Positions 37,401-51,174 of a DNA stretch of 64,000 nucleotides are shown one piece after another. This DNA is from Azolla caroliniana. Taxonomy: Eukaryota > Plantae > Polypodiophyta. Position numbers and translations under genes: made by a program. The stretch covers positions 12,462,001 through 12,526,000 of the forward strand of contig JBHGNT010000012.1 in the NCBI GenBank assembly GCA_043228905.1. Reading direction: 5' to 3'. The number at the start of each line of letters is the position of its first letter. The first letter of the stretch is position 1. Below the pieces are notes generated by a model that saw only the letters and a program-made list of their open reading frames with translations, had not been told where the DNA came from and did no database searches.

Positions 37401-40204
37401 GGCTTCTTCAAGGTCGGTGAGCGCTGGTGAGGGATGTGTGTGAGGAGGCTTTGTGTGCGTGGGCTCGCATCATATGATCTTCAATCGCTTGTCTTCGTTT
37501 GTGCTCCTCTGTTCGCGAAATGTGAAGACTTCTATGCGGTGGGGATTTCTTGTTGCATGTTGGTGCCTGTTTTTCTTACCCGCGTGTGTGCACGTCGTGT
37601 ACTAGAATAGAATGACGTGCCATGTGGAAATGGTTTAATACCCTATTAATAGCCCACTACGTACCTTTTCAAAGTGCATGTTCACTCCTTGTTCTTGCAT
37701 GTGTCCGTTCACACCTCACCCTTGCATGATTTACTTTGATTTGATTTTTTTTTTATTTTTTTATAATAAAACAGTTTGGTTAATTCGCATCCGGTCCCAT
37801 CGGACCCTTATCCGAATTGTGGGACTTGTCGGCTGCTGGATTGCTTGCCGTCGTGTCGTTCTTGCCGTTTGCCGGCTCGTGCTCCCTGTTACCGGCTTCG
37901 CGCTTGCTGATTGCTAAATGTGTTGCCATCTCTTCCATCTTACCGGTGTCTGGTTCTGTGTCGGCCTTTACTTGTTCAAATGTGTTTCTTGGCATGTGTC
38001 CATTGTATGGTTTGAGTTGGAACCCATTGACCCATTTACCCAGAACCTTACCGGCGAGTGTCCCTAACTAGTAGGAACCGTTGAACTCACGCGTGATCCA
38101 GTATGGTCCAGTCCACCGAAACCGTAGCTTCCCCGACATCTTACCCATCTGGGTCTGGAATACTAGTACCGGCTTACCGATTCCGAACATCTTTTCGTTC
38201 CCTTTTAGGTGACGATCCACGAATGCTTTCCTTTGCCACTGCTCAAGTTCTAGGTGCATGATGTTGGCTAGCCGGTGTTCTTCCAATTCGCACAGCGCGG
38301 CTAACCCGATCGCTTCCGATTCCTTCTCATTTAGGCGTTCCCGAATCTGTATTCGTAAACTCGGTACCTGGAACTCGACCGGCATCACTGCTTCCAATCC
38401 GAATGCTAGGCGAAACGGTGTTGTGCGGATACTTGTCTTATATGCCGTTCGATAGGCCCAAAGTGCACTGTGTAGCTTTGTATCCCAATCCGTCCGGTTC
38501 TCATTGAAGATTTTTCGAAGGATGTTCTGTAGTGTTTTATTTGTTGACTCGGCTAATCCGTTGGCTTGCGGATAATAGGGAGTGCTCCGTTTGTGCACCA
38601 CCACATAGAATGTTGTCAAACTTTCCACCACTTGCCTTAAGAAGTGCCCACCTTGGTCACTTATTAGCTCTATCGGACATCCATACCGGCACCAAATGTA
38701 TTCATATAATTTTTTTGCCATGGATGCCACGGTGTTGTCGCGTAGTGCTTTGGCTTCCACCCATTTTGTGCAATACTTCGTAGCGACAATCACGTACTGG
38801 TTGCCGGTTCTCATTGCTGGTGGTTTGAATGGACCGACAAAATCCAACCCCCATTTTTGAAATGGTTCTAACGGTAGCACGGGCTGGTGAGGCATCCTGG
38901 CTTGTTCGGTTGGTTGGCCCATTCGCTGACATAGGTCGCATTCTTTAGCGTACCGGACTGCATCCTTCAATGTTGTTGGCCACCATAGTCCACTCTGCCA
39001 TATTTTCCTTGCCGTAGTGTCTCCCGCATAATGTCCTCTAGCCACGTCGCAGTGTGCTTCATGCAATATTATGTCCTTTTCGTCATTGCGCACTGCACGC
39101 CGCCATATGCCATCTGTGCCTTTGTGGTGCATCGTGTCCTATAATAGACAGAAGTGCTGGCTTTGAACAGCTAAGTGTTTCCTCTCGTCTCAGTTCATCT
39201 CCTCCGGAGGTAAGCCGGTGCTCAGAAATTGGTGCATGTTGGTGAGCCACTTGTCTTCCTCTGTGATCGTACCATCCGTTGCCGTTTCTGCTGTGACTCT
39301 AAATAGCTCTGCATCCGGGAAATCGTCTAGGACGCTGTCACCGGTTTTGCTGGAATCTAACCGGCTCAAATAGTCTGCTACCATATGTTGTATGTCGGGT
39401 CGATGGAATATCTCGAACTCAAATTCTTGTAATAGTAACGTGCACCGGGCCAGCTTACCGGTGAGTGATGCTTTGGACACCAAATAGAGGAGCGCCGAAT
39501 GATCTACGTGAAAGGAAAATTTCCTTCCCAACAGATAGTGTCTAAGCTTGATGACACTGTAGATCATACCCAAGGCCTCCCTTTCCATTGTGGAATAATT
39601 ACGTTCCGCTTGGGACAGCTTCCAGCTGGCATAATACACTGGCCGGTACCACTTTGGTTCTGTAAGTTGCATAAACACGCTCCCGATTGCGATGTCGGAC
39701 GCGTCAACGAACACATGGAACTCTTTAGACCAATCCGGAGGTTGCACCACTGACGCTTGTGACAATAGTACTTTTAGTGCCCGATAAGCCTTGTCTTCTG
39801 TGTCCGTCCATTGGGACGGTGTCTGATCTACCGCGACATGCAATGGTGTAGCCAGGTCTGCCAGATACCGGAGCATTCGGCTATGCCACCGAATTTGTCC
39901 TAAGAACCGGCTTAGTGTCTTTGTCATGACTGGTGCCGGTGCCTCCAGGATTGCTTTTACTTTGTCCGGATCCACTGCGATACCGTCCTTGCTCACTATG
40001 TGGCCCAGTAACGCTCCGCTGGTTACTCCGAACACGCATTTTGTCAGGTTCAGGCTTAGTCGGTAAACCCTATATTTCTCCAAACATAGTCGGAGGTGCT
40101 GAAGGTGATCCCCTTCCTGGCTATAAACAACGAAGTCGTCCAAGAACACTTGCATGAACGCCAGAATGAATTCTCCGAAAATCTCCATGATGATCCGTTG
40201 GAAG

Positions 40205-43200
40205 TGTTGGGTATGTGAGGAAGGGTGGGAAACACACAAGAAGCTCAAAGAAAGAAGCACTCACACAAGGAAGGCAATGGCTGGAATAGCTCTCTATTGA
40301 TGAATGTTCCTAAAAAACATAGGGGCTGAAATATATATCCCTAAGTACTAAGTACCACCACATATGAGTGACTCATGTATGTGGTAACATGGGGAAAAAA
40401 CCTCTAGCCAGCACTAGAGTAAAAAGTGCCCATGTATAGGGAAAATGGTTCACATCAAAGCTACTAGAGGAACACGCAAGTGTAACAAACCCCCCTGGAG
40501 CGAATGATGTGAACATGTACAAGGAGTGACAGATCAGCCCCCACAAGGCAATAAGCCTAAAGCTTTGCGAAAAGCTTCAAACTTTTCTCGTGGAAGAGCT
40601 TTGGTGAATATGTCTGCCACGTTATCTTGTGTAGGCACATATACCAAATCAATATCTCCTGCATGAAAGCGCTCTCTCACATAGTGATAATGCACCTCAA
40701 TGTGTTTGGTCCGTGCATGAAATACAGGATTTCGTGCAACAGCCAATGCACTCTGACTATCTGTGAGAATACGTGTAGCAACTTCAATCTCCATGCAAAG
40801 ATCCATCAAAAGGCGTCTTAGCCATATACACTCCACTGTAGCTGTGAAAACTGCCCTGTACTCAGCTTCACAACTTGATGTCGCCACTGTAGGTTGCTTT
40901 TTACTCAACCAAGATATACATGAGTTTCCAAAGAAAAAGCAATTACCACTAGTGGACACGCGAGTATCATAACAACCAGCCCAATCACTATATGTAAAAG
41001 CATGCAAGCATGGCTGAGTATCTCTGCCATAAAAGAGACCCAAGCTCAAAGTGCCTCTAAGATATCTGAACACACGTTTCACTGCTTGCCAATGCTTAGT
41101 GCCAGGGCTATGCATGAATCGACTCAATTGGGAGACTGCATACTGTATATCCGGCCTTGTATTGCATGCATATATAAGACATCCCACAGCTTGTTGATAA
41201 AGAGAAGTATCAAACGCATCACTAGAATCCTCAACAGAGAACCTAAATCCTGTCTCCACAGGTGTATAAACCGGCTTGCAATCCTCAAAGTCAAAACGCT
41301 GAAGAGGTTTTTCAACATACTTTCCTTGATGCATAAACATTCCCCCCTCAACGGATACAAACTGGATGCCAAGATAGTAGCTCAAAAGACCAAGATAAGT
41401 GACTTCAAAAGTATGCTGCAAATCAGCCATAAGAAAATCGAGTTTTGCATCACATGACCCAGTCAAGAGTATGTCATCAACATAAAGAACGAGCACTAGA
41501 AGATCAGCCCCATCTTTGCGTACATAAAGTGTGCTTTCAATCGGACTACATGTGAAGCCAAGAGAAATCAAGTGCTTATGGATTTTTTCATACCATGCAC
41601 GCGGAGCTTGCTTGAGACCATACAAGGCCTTATGCAAGCGACAAACCATATGCTCTTTCTCTTTCGTAGCAAATCCAGGAGGTTGCTTCACATAAACCTC
41701 TTCTTGCAAATCACCATTTAAAAAGGCTGTTTTTATGTCCAATTGATGCATTTTCCAACCTCTTTGGGCAGCCAATGCAACCACGGTACGAATGGTAGTC
41801 ATGCGTGAAGTAGGTGCAAAAGTTTCCTCATAATCAATGCCATATTGTTGGGCATATCCTTTGGCAACCAATCTAGCTTTGTAGCGATCAATACTACCAT
41901 CGGGCTTTCGTTTAATCTTGTAAACCCACCTAGTACCAATCACATTCTTTCCTTTTGGCAATTCACATAACTCCCAAGTACCATTTTTATGAATGGAATC
42001 CATTTCTGATTGCATAGCACTCATCCAATGTGGATCATCACATGCATCTTCAAAAGTAAGTGGCTCCTCATTACATGCTATTGCAACAATAGAATAATCC
42101 ACAAAATTACCTGATGCATGGCGAGAGCTTGATCTTGTTTTACCAAGTAAAGGTGCACTCAATTTGCTATCTTGCAAAGTTTGTTTCAGCCACCTCGGCA
42201 TAGTTTGTGACCTCTCGATAGCCATACGTTCATTATGTAATGCATCTTCAATATGTACATCATGCGTGGGCTGAATTTCATGCTCATTTTCAGCCACATT
42301 TGGTTGGACATTTCGTGCATTTTCAACACTTATTTGCTGGAAATTTTTATCCCTTTGAGACTCACTTGGCTGGTCTACATGTCCATGGTCAAGCGCAGCA
42401 CTTTGGAACAAAGGCATGAGTGTATCAAACACATCTTGTGAGCTAACTGTTGGTTGTTTTTTGCATTCAAGAAAAGGGAAAGCTGAATTTTCAGCAAATA
42501 CCACATCTCGACTCACAATAATTGTGTCCGTCAATGGATGATACAAACGATATCCCTTACTTTCCGCACTATAACCAACAAATATGCATTTCTTTGCCTT
42601 GTCATCAAGTTTGTGACGTTGTTGTGATGGCACAAGAGCATATGCCAAACAACCGAACACACGCATATGACTAACCATAGGTTTATGTCCATTCCAAGCC
42701 TCATATGGCGTAATGACTCTCAACGCTTTTGTAGGGCAACGATTCAACACATAATTTGCACACATAACCGCTTCCATCCAAAACTTGTTAGGAAGATGCT
42801 TTCCTTTAACCATACATCGTGCCATCTCTAAGAGTGTTCTATTTTTGCGTTCTGCAACACCATTTTGTTGAGGTGTATATGGCACCGTACATTGATGTAA
42901 AATACCCCTTTCACAAAGAAAAGCATTAAACTCATGTGACATATATTCGCCACCACGATCCGTGCGTAGAGTCAAGAGCTTATTTGCGGAAAAATTTTCA
43001 GCCATAGCTAAAAATGATTTGAAGCAAGAAAAGACTTCATTCTTTGCTTTCATAGGATACACCCATGTATGACGAGTAGTATCATCAATGAAGGTAACAA
43101 AATATACATGCTTTCCAAAAGATGGAGTCTTTACAGGACCACACACATCACTATGAACAAGTTGTAATTTTCTTGTAGTGTGTGTATGACTATCTTTTGG

Positions 43201-45374
43201 AAAAGAAGCACGATGCATTTTTCCAAGAATGCAACCTTCACATGCATGTTTTTCAATGGACTCAAGTGTAGGCAACCCAATAACCATATCCTTCTTTTGC
43301 AAGTGAAGCAAACTATTGAAGTTCAAGTGACCAAAACGAGCATGCCAAAGCTCCATTTCAGCCATGGAAGAAGTATGTACAGCCAAGGCATTTAGAGAAG
43401 CCCTCTTGTATGTATCTAAACGGTACAAGCCATTGCATAATGTACCGGACATCACGATAACATCACCATTGCTATAATCGTGAACCATGCACTTATCATC
43501 AACAAAATGTACATGAAGTCCGGCTTTGGCAATCAAAGGAACCGAAATTAAGTTCTTCTTGATACCGGGCACATACAATACATTCTTTAAGATGACAACA
43601 CCTCCATTTGCAGCCGAAAGCTCAATTTCTCCTACTCCAATGATAGGATAAGAGGCATTGTTTGCACACACCACATGTCCACCTTTGGGTGCATCTTTCA
43701 AGGATGCAAAAAAACTTTTGCATGAAGTAATGTGCTTTGAAGCACCACTATCAAAGAACCAATCCGAATCAATCTCACTTACAACCATACATTTAGAGTG
43801 CAATGATGCATCATAATGATATGTAACAACACATGCCCAATAATCTTGAGCCATGTTGGCCTCATCACTCTTTGCACTTGAAACATTTTCAGAAATGGTC
43901 ATACCGGATTCCTTCTTCTTCTCATTGCGCTTAACAAGCTTTCTACATTCTTCAATCGTATGGCCAACCTTTCGACAATATTTGCATCTTTTCTTCTTTT
44001 GCAAATCACCATCATTAGAGGAATAAGTGAAAGAGGGAGGTTGAGGCTTTGGTTTTGAAGAACCAAAAGCTGAACCATGCTTGCCTTTTCCTTTTTGTGA
44101 GATAGCAAGTGCTTGTGTTCCCTCTATCAAACCACTTCTATTCACTCTAGATTGTTCTTCTTGCAAAAGAAGAGACACAACCTCATCAAATGCGTACATA
44201 TCCGTATTCCCTTTTGCAACCAAACGAATAGTAGTAGCAAAGCTTTGAAAAGATTCGGGTAATCCTTTCAACAACGTAGAGACAAGTGATGTATTCGAAA
44301 TGATCTCATCAATGTTTGCCAATTGCTCTTTCAAATCTTTAATGCGTGTCACATACACATCTACCGACTCATTTTCAGCCATATATACATCCTCAAGTTG
44401 CTTTCTCAAATATGCAACACGTGCTTCGTTACGCACGGCATACAACGAAGCAAGAGTGTCCCATGCTTGTTTGGACGTAGAGCATGACCGAATATGTGGA
44501 ACTATATGACGCTTCACAGAAAGTGCAATCAATGCATGAGCTTGAGCATCTTTTCCATCCCATCTAAGTTGCTCTTGTGTTGGTGGAGTAGATGAAGTCA
44601 CTGTGCTCGAAGATGAACCTGTATCTGTGATAGTAGACTGTGAAGTAGTAGGACCGGCGGGGCGTCGATCTACATCTACCACTATGTTCCATAGTTGTTT
44701 GGCAACAAGAACGTGTTTCATCATGTAGGACCACATTGGATAGTTTGTCCCATCAAGCTTATCTTCAGCTTGAAGCATGCCAAACAAATCACCATTGTTT
44801 GCCATTTTACCAAAGAACAAGAAAGTGGTAAAATATTACCTCAACAAATCGGAAATGAGTGCTGAAAATGCAGCTCACAAACTATCACTCGGATGACGAT
44901 TTCGACTACACGAACGGCTTCGAAATGGGGGTAAAACAGCAGGGTACCTGCTGAAAATGCGCTCCAAGTGCTGAAATACACTTCTCTATATTCGGAAGTT
45001 GATTTGCACAATGAAAAGTGCGCGCGCGCCGCGACACCGCGATGCGGACAACCGAAGATGGAGAGGATGAAGAACTTGGCTCTGATACCACTGTTGGGTA
45101 TGTGAGGAAGGGTGGGAAACACACAAGAAGCTCAAAGAAAGAAGCACGCACACAAGGAAGGCAATGGCTGGAATAGCTCTCTATTGATGAATGTTCCTAA
45201 AAAACATAGGGGCTGAAATATATATCCCTAAGTACTAAGTACCACCACATATGAGTGACTCATGTATGTGGTAACATGGGGAAAAAACCTCTAGCCAGCA
45301 CTAGAGTAAAAAGTGCCCATGTATAGGGAAAATGGTTCACATCAAAGCTACTAGAGGAACACGCAAGTGTAACA
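40205..45374 (-). mobile_element. Young full-length Ty1/Copia 'E'
   Basis: 283-bp LTRs at 40205-40487 and 45092-45374 (one difference seen); TSD GGAAG; PBS TGGTATCAGAGCC; PPT AGGGGGG. Confidence 0.97.
40534..44805 (-). CDS. Copia gag-pol polyprotein (single open ORF)
   Basis: CKYCRKVGHTIEEC, WFFDSGAS, WHARFGH, HSDVCGP/TDRGGEY/NGVAERKN, YVDD, RNase H; first ATG at 44805. Confidence 0.95.
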   Translation of the reverse strand: MANNGDLFGMLQAEDKLDGTNYPMWSYMMKHVLVAKQLWNIVVDVDRRPAGPTTSQSTITDTGSSSSTVTSSTPPTQEQLRWDGKDAQAHALIALSVKRHIVPHIRSCSTSKQAWDTLASLYAVRNEARVAYLRKQLEDVYMAENESVDVYVTRIKDLKEQLANIDEIISNTSLVSTLLKGLPESFQSFATTIRLVAKGNTDMYAFDEVVSLLLQEEQSRVNRSGLIEGTQALAISQKGKGKHGSAFGSSKPKPQPPSFTYSSNDGDLQKKKRCKYCRKVGHTIEECRKLVKRNEKKKESGMTISENVSSAKSDEANMAQDYWACVVTYHYDASLHSKCMVVSEIDSDWFFDSGASKHITSCKSFFASLKDAPKGGHVVCANNASYPIIGVGEIELSAANGGVVILKNVLYVPGIKKNLISVPLIAKAGLHVHFVDDKCMVHDYSNGDVIVMSGTLCNGLYRLDTYKRASLNALAVHTSSMAEMELWHARFGHLNFNSLLHLQKKDMVIGLPTLESIEKHACEGCILGKMHRASFPKDSHTHTTRKLQLVHSDVCGPVKTPSFGKHVYFVTFIDDTTRHTWVYPMKAKNEVFSCFKSFLAMAENFSANKLLTLRTDRGGEYMSHEFNAFLCERGILHQCTVPYTPQQNGVAERKNRTLLEMARCMVKGKHLPNKFWMEAVMCANYVLNRCPTKALRVITPYEAWNGHKPMVSHMRVFGCLAYALVPSQQRHKLDDKAKKCIFVGYSAESKGYRLYHPLTDTIIVSRDVVFAENSAFPFLECKKQPTVSSQDVFDTLMPLFQSAALDHGHVDQPSESQRDKNFQQISVENARNVQPNVAENEHEIQPTHDVHIEDALHNERMAIERSQTMPRWLKQTLQDSKLSAPLLGKTRSSSRHASGNFVDYSIVAIACNEEPLTFEDACDDPHWMSAMQSEMDSIHKNGTWELCELPKGKNVIGTRWVYKIKRKPDGSIDRYKARLVAKGYAQQYGIDYEETFAPTSRMTTIRTVVALAAQRGWKMHQLDIKTAFLNGDLQEEVYVKQPPGFATKEKEHMVCRLHKALYGLKQAPRAWYEKIHKHLISLGFTCSPIESTLYVRKDGADLLVLVLYVDDILLTGSCDAKLDFLMADLQHTFEVTYLGLLSYYLGIQFVSVEGGMFMHQGKYVEKPLQRFDFEDCKPVYTPVETGFRFSVEDSSDAFDTSLYQQAVGCLIYACNTRPDIQYAVSQLSRFMHSPGTKHWQAVKRVFRYLRGTLSLGLFYGRDTQPCLHAFTYSDWAGCYDTRVSTSGNCFFFGNSCISWLSKKQPTVATSSCEAEYRAVFTATVECIWLRRLLMDLCMEIEVATRILTDSQSALAVARNPVFHARTKHIEVHYHYVRERFHAGDIDLVYVPTQDNVADIFTKALPREKFEAFRKALGLLPCGG

Positions 45375-48300
45375 GGAAGGTTGCCGGCGCCGTTTTCAGT
45401 CTGAACATCATCACTACGGCAACAAAGACTCCCCATTCGGTGACAAAAGCGGTTTTCTCCTGGTCGGCGGGGTGCATCCGTATCTGATTATAGTCGTTGA
45501 AACCATCTAGAAAACTGTACACCTCATGACCGGCGCACGCGTCCAGGACTCCATCCGTGAATGGAAGTGGAAAGGCGTCCGTTACTGTAGCCGCATTCAA
45601 TTTCCGATAGTCGACAGACACTCTTATCTTACCATTCTTTTTCGGTACTATGACTATCGGACTGAGCCATGTGGCTTTCTTTACCGGTCGGATGAAGCCA
45701 ACCCTTAACAACTTGTCGATTTCTTCTTTGACTTTTGCTGCGTAATTCGGGTTCATCCGGTAATGCCGTTGCGCTACCGGTTTGGCGTCTTTACTCAGAT
45801 GTATCTGGTGTTGATACAACTGAGGATCGAGTCCCCACATTTCCTCATAGGACTAGGCGAACACATCGCGAAATTCTTTTAGGAGTGTGATCATTGCCGT
45901 TTTGTTCTCCGGGGTCATTTCCTTGGTGATGTGAACCGGTCTTGCGTCCTCTGTTGTACCTAGGTTTACCTCTTCTAGTTGGGATGCTTTCACGCGCTGC
46001 GACACTGCCATTTCTCTTTCCAGTGCCTCTTGTGCTTGCCGTAATTCCCGGATTGCTTCTTTATCATGTTCCTCATCGGTCCCGTCCGGTTGCAGTATGT
46101 ACGGTGATACTGCTTTGGCTACATTAATCTCGAACAGCGGTACAATCTTCGGATTTACCTATAACTACTGATCGAGCTCTTCGTCCGCCAATCCTTCCAG
46201 CATGTTGACACATTCTGCATATAGCGGCGTCGATTCCTTTCCGGTACCGGACCGTGGTTAAGTCGGTACTCGTACTTTCGCTTTTCCACGCCGGAACGTA
46301 ATTATATTCTTCCTCCAGTTTTGCTTGATGTGTGTTGTTTTTAACCAAGGGCGTCCCAACAATAGTGGGTAAGCTCCCTAAGCTTGTAGCTGGAGAACTA
46401 CTGCGGAAATGCAAAATGTGTGACCCCCGATGGTCACTTCGAACGTATTAACTTGGTCGGCCGTACTGAGCTTGTGTCTGCCATCCGAAGCCAAAACGGG
46501 CATGGTTCCCAGTCATGGGTTCCTAGAGTGTTACATGTTCGGAGGCTGATCACGTTCACGCCAGATCCTCCATCGATAATCGTGTCGGGTAGTTCTTTTC
46601 CTTTCACGATGGATGTAATTGCTGGACAGCTCGTCTACCACCGCCGGTCCTTCCTCCGTATTTGAAAAGAAAGCCGGATCCAGTGGTGTGTCGACTATCG
46701 TCATTCCTGTCTTTAGTCCTACCGTGAAGCGTGGTACCAGTTGCAATAGCCGGCCTAACGACAACGTTATTTGGCATTCTTGTAACGCCTGCCATGTTGG
46801 GTTTTCGGGCTGCCCTAAGCCAGTGAGCTCTTCGGCATTCTCCTTTTGTTGTTCGAGCTCTGCTGCATTCTGCTCGTTTGCCTTCTTCACCCATTCGGTT
46901 TCCTGCTTCCTGATGGCTTCTTGAGTTTCCCACTCCGTGGATTAGCCTTTTGATCTTGTAGTGACTTGTTGTACGTCTGCGACTTCCGCGTCTACCATGT
47001 TCACCGTTGGTTGCTTCTCGTAGCTCTTCGCAGGACATTGGCTACTATAGTGGCCTTCCTGCCGGCAGTACGCCTTCTGGGTGTTGCTGGATTCGGCGTT
47101 TGTGCCTGCACCCGGTTGAGGTCCTGTGGTAAGTGCTTGGTTTTGGTCCGGTTGGCTGCTTGGAGCGCCCTTTTCCGGTTCCCGTGGATGACCCCCCTTT
47201 TTGTTTAAATGTTGTTTCTTGTTGAAATTCTTTTTGTTTCGGTAACCGTGATGGGGCTGGTCGTCATACTTGCCATAGTCATCCCGTCGTTGGTTTTAAC
47301 CAGGGGAGTGATCCCGGTTGTATCTCTCGTACCGTCCATTATAGTCCCGGTATCTATCCTGTCTGTCATACCAGTCATAAGCGTCTCTTCGATCGCTATA
47401 CCAGACATCTTGTGCCGGCCTGTAACGCTCCTCTCGCCGCCAGTGTTCTTCTTCTTCCTCCCGGTTGCTTTGTGGTTCAATTTTCCGGACTGGTGGTGCT
47501 TGCCGATTTAGCAAGTTATACTCACACCGTTCCATTGTGTGACTTCTGGAGTGGCAGAGCAAGCATTGGGAACGCATGGTGCATTTCAACGCCGAATGTC
47601 TGGCATTCAGGCATGTCGTATATTGAATTGCTTGCCGGAAGCGGAGGTCCTCATTTGTCGTTAGTGCACGCTGAACTGCGCCCATGGTTAGCCATGAACT
47701 TGATTTTTCCATTTCCCGAACTCGGTCGATCACTTGATCTATGCTGCTGGTGCGGAAATCGATGACGGTGCACACTGTTCGTAAGGGTTCCCAGAGTGCT
47801 GCTAAGAATATGGCCTTCGTTTCTTCCTCCTGTGGTGCCCAACTGAGCTGACTATGGATCTACTGGAACCGGATGACAAACTGTTGAATGTTCTCCGTTG
47901 GCTCCTGCTAAATAATGTAAAATAGGTCTACCATTTCCCGTTGGTCCATCTCCTTGTGAAAGAAATGCAAGAATTTGGTCTTTCAAACGTGGGGATGGTG
48001 CTGGGATCTTGTGTTCGGTGCCATCTGGTGGCCGGTCCCTCCAGGGTCATGCTGAACTCTGCCATTTTTGAGTGTTCTGCTTCAGTCGCATTTAAGTGTT
48101 GGGACACATGGTTTGCCTCCCAAGTCTGCTGAAATGCATGAACGTGGGCTTCCGCGTCCAGATCATCCCGGTATCTGGGATATTGGAACGACATATCGTC
48201 GTCCGGTGTCAGTACGCGGGCTGGTGGTGTCGGTGGTCTTTCCTCCTCCTCTGTCGGCGTCGGTTGTCTTTCCCGGTCCTCTGTCGGTGTCGGAGGTCTT

Positions 48301-51174
48301 TCCTGCTCCTCTTTCGGTGTTGGAGGTCTCTCTTCCTCGACTTCCGGTGTCAAAGGTCTCTCTTCCTCGACTTCTGGTTCCGAAGTGTGCTCGACTTCCG
48401 GTGCCAGAGGTTCCAGCCTTGTCAATTCTGGTTCCGGTGTCGGCAAGGTATCCGACTCCTCTTCCTCCGGTCTGTTTGGGGTGTCATTATTGCTGCGGTA
48501 GTTCGTATGTGCGTTGTATTCCCCTTTCGAATCCGATTCAAAAGCCAAAAATGCTTCGGATTCACCTTCGCCCGCTGCCAATGCCTAGAGAAGGGATTCC
48601 GCTTACCGAAGGCTGCTTAGGCTGCTTCCTTCGTCCGGGTAGTCGTTTTGTTGTAAACGAACTGACTCCTTGGCCACTCTCTGGATCTCCTTGGAAAATG
48701 AGCGATCCGTTCTGAATTCTTCTGCTGCTTGTTGGAAAGCCTCTCGCTTCCTCAGCCGTTCAGCAAGTCTCCTTGCTCGCTCCGTAACTGGGTTGTTCGT
48801 TGGTCTAGTCATCCATTCCCGCCGTTGTTCGCTACGATTGTGCAGGAATCGTGGTCGCTAAAGACTGTGTTATTCCTTAGGTCCGGACAATGGCCTAACA
48901 CAGGGTGCCTACGGAAGACACTTCACCAAAGGGGTGCTACAGCGAGATAACTTAAGACACAACGATTAAGCAGACTTAATTGGTTACTTAGCAATATGGC
49001 ATTAGACTTGATACACGTGTATGATAGAACAATTAGTACAGAACGGTAATCAACACTTAAAGATAAAACAAGAAGCTCTATTAATTATCCGTCAAAGTTT
49101 TACATTGTAACCGGGCCTTTATATAGGTCATCGGTGCTGAATACAAAACGGTGCCAACCGGCACCTGTTCGGAACCGGTCCGGATCCGGATCGACATACT
49201 GATTTTGGTCCGTCCGTTCACGTCTCATAAACTACTTAATTATAATAGATTCCGAATAAACAATCCCTTTCACATTCTGGTCTTTAAATCCTTTGCCGGC
49301 CGGGTAACAACCATCTGAATCATGATCGCGCTTGCAGCAGCAAAAGGGTGACACCTCCACCAAATGGACGTGAAGAACGACTTTCTTCAAGGCAAATTAG
49401 AGGAGGAGGTGTACATGGTACAACCGCTTGGATTCAAGCCGAGTATGCACTCGACTATTGTCTGCTGACTCAAAAAGCCTATCTACGGTCTCACACAGGC
49501 ATCGAGAGCATGGAAGATAACCCAATATCATCACCAAACCAACTTCAAAATGTCCAAATCTGACAATTCTCTGTTCATCCGGAACGACTCCACAGGACAG
49601 TTATTCATCATAATTTTTGTGGACAACTTGGTCATTGGAGGAGAGCACATTGGAGATATTGAAAATGTCAAGAAGCTTCTCTCTAGTCGATTCGAAATGA
49701 AAGACATAAATGAGCTACATTACTTTCTAGGGATAGAAATAATTCCGAATCCAGATGGCATCATGATCTCCCAACAACACTATATCTTGAATCTTCCCTT
49801 CAAATTTGGGATGACAGAGTGTAAGCCTGTTGCTGCCCCTCTCGATCGAAATCTAATGCTAGATGCTGATTCTGGCATAGAAGAGTGTGAGTTGACATAC
49901 TATCGTCAACTAGTCGGAAGCCTAATCTATCTCACCATTACTCGGTCCGCCCTCAGCTACCCGGTCGTCCTCCTTAGCCAGTTTATGCAGACACCATGGA
50001 ACATTCACTTGGACTATGCTAAGAGAGTGTTATGCTATGTGAGTGGGACAATGGATATTGACATTCTCTACAAATCGGCCACACCGATTCGACTCGAAGG
50101 GTACACCATCGCCGATTGGGCCAACTACAAAGCTGGTAGACGATCAACATCCAGATTCATCTTCTCCCTCGGCAGCAGAGCCACCTCATGGAGCAGTACT
50201 TGAAGCAACCAACAATTGCACTGTCGAGCATAGAAGCTGAATATAGGGGGCACGACCGTCGCCGCATGTGAAGCCGTTTGGCTCAAGAGAATCTTGAAGG
50301 ATCTAGGTGTTCCCATCAAGGATCTCATTCTCCTATACTACGACAACATGAGCAACATCCATTTGGCCTGCAACCCGATATTCCATGCTCAGACCAAGCA
50401 CATTGAGGTGCACTATCACTTCATTTGAGAGCATGTCCTGGCCGGTGATGTCGACCTGCAACACATCGACACGAACCTGGAGACGACCGACATATTCACA
50501 AAGGCCCTAAGCTAAGGTAGTTCACGACGAACCTTGGTCTCTCGATCACGGACCAACCGAGATTAAGGGGGAGTATGGATAAGGAGCCGTCCGACGCGGC
50601 GTCGAATGGAACAGAGTGAACATAGGGGTGAGCCGACTATATGAAGACGAAGCCGGAGCTGACTCAAAGCCGACCTGAAGACCAGTCCGAACCAACTTTT
50701 CGGCGACCGGAAGTGATCGGAAGTTGCATTTGAGGGGGCATCTTGAGAATCAAACTCAACTTCCCTAGTGTGGGAACACACCTTAGTATGGTCAAGTGTG
50801 TGAACACCCCACGGGTGAAAGCATGCGAGTGGAAACAATTAGCTATGTCCTTGACATAGCTAATTAGCTATGCAAAAAGCTACCATTGATAAATAGTCAT
50901 TTTAGTAAAAAGTCATCATTAATAAATTAAGTATGCAAAAAACTACCATTGAAAATACTAGAGTGTTTTAATTACATATGTAAATGAGTGCCATAAATGT
51001 GCAACATAAATTGATGTGTGCACCATAAATGTGTACCATAAATTATATATCGAATTCCTAGGTCCATTATGCATGATCCTTTGCCACATCACGTAGGCCA
51101 TCTCTAGTTGAGTATTGTGGGTTAGTTGCTACCACTGTTGCTAAACCCTATCGAGTCCACCTGCTGCCACTGAG

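Larger units (their letters stand above)
38000..48812 (-). pseudogene. gag-pol of B2 (stops and frameshifts; RT split by Copia E)
   Basis: ORF pieces 48603-48812, 47928-48581, 47296-47775, 45380-45840, 39190-40199 and 38068-39132 carry the domains in Gypsy order. Confidence 0.9.
34096..49309 (-). mobile_element. Ty3/Gypsy 'B2' (Athila-like, no extra RNase H seen), full length but decayed, with an extra 3' ORF
   Basis: 442-bp LTRs at 34096-34537 and 48868-49309 (roughly 5% diverged by eye); TSD ACCAT (34091-34095, 49310-49314); gag, PR (IIDGGSGVN), RT (VFLDD), RH (VDAS) and INT (WGLDFVGP). Confidence 0.93.
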
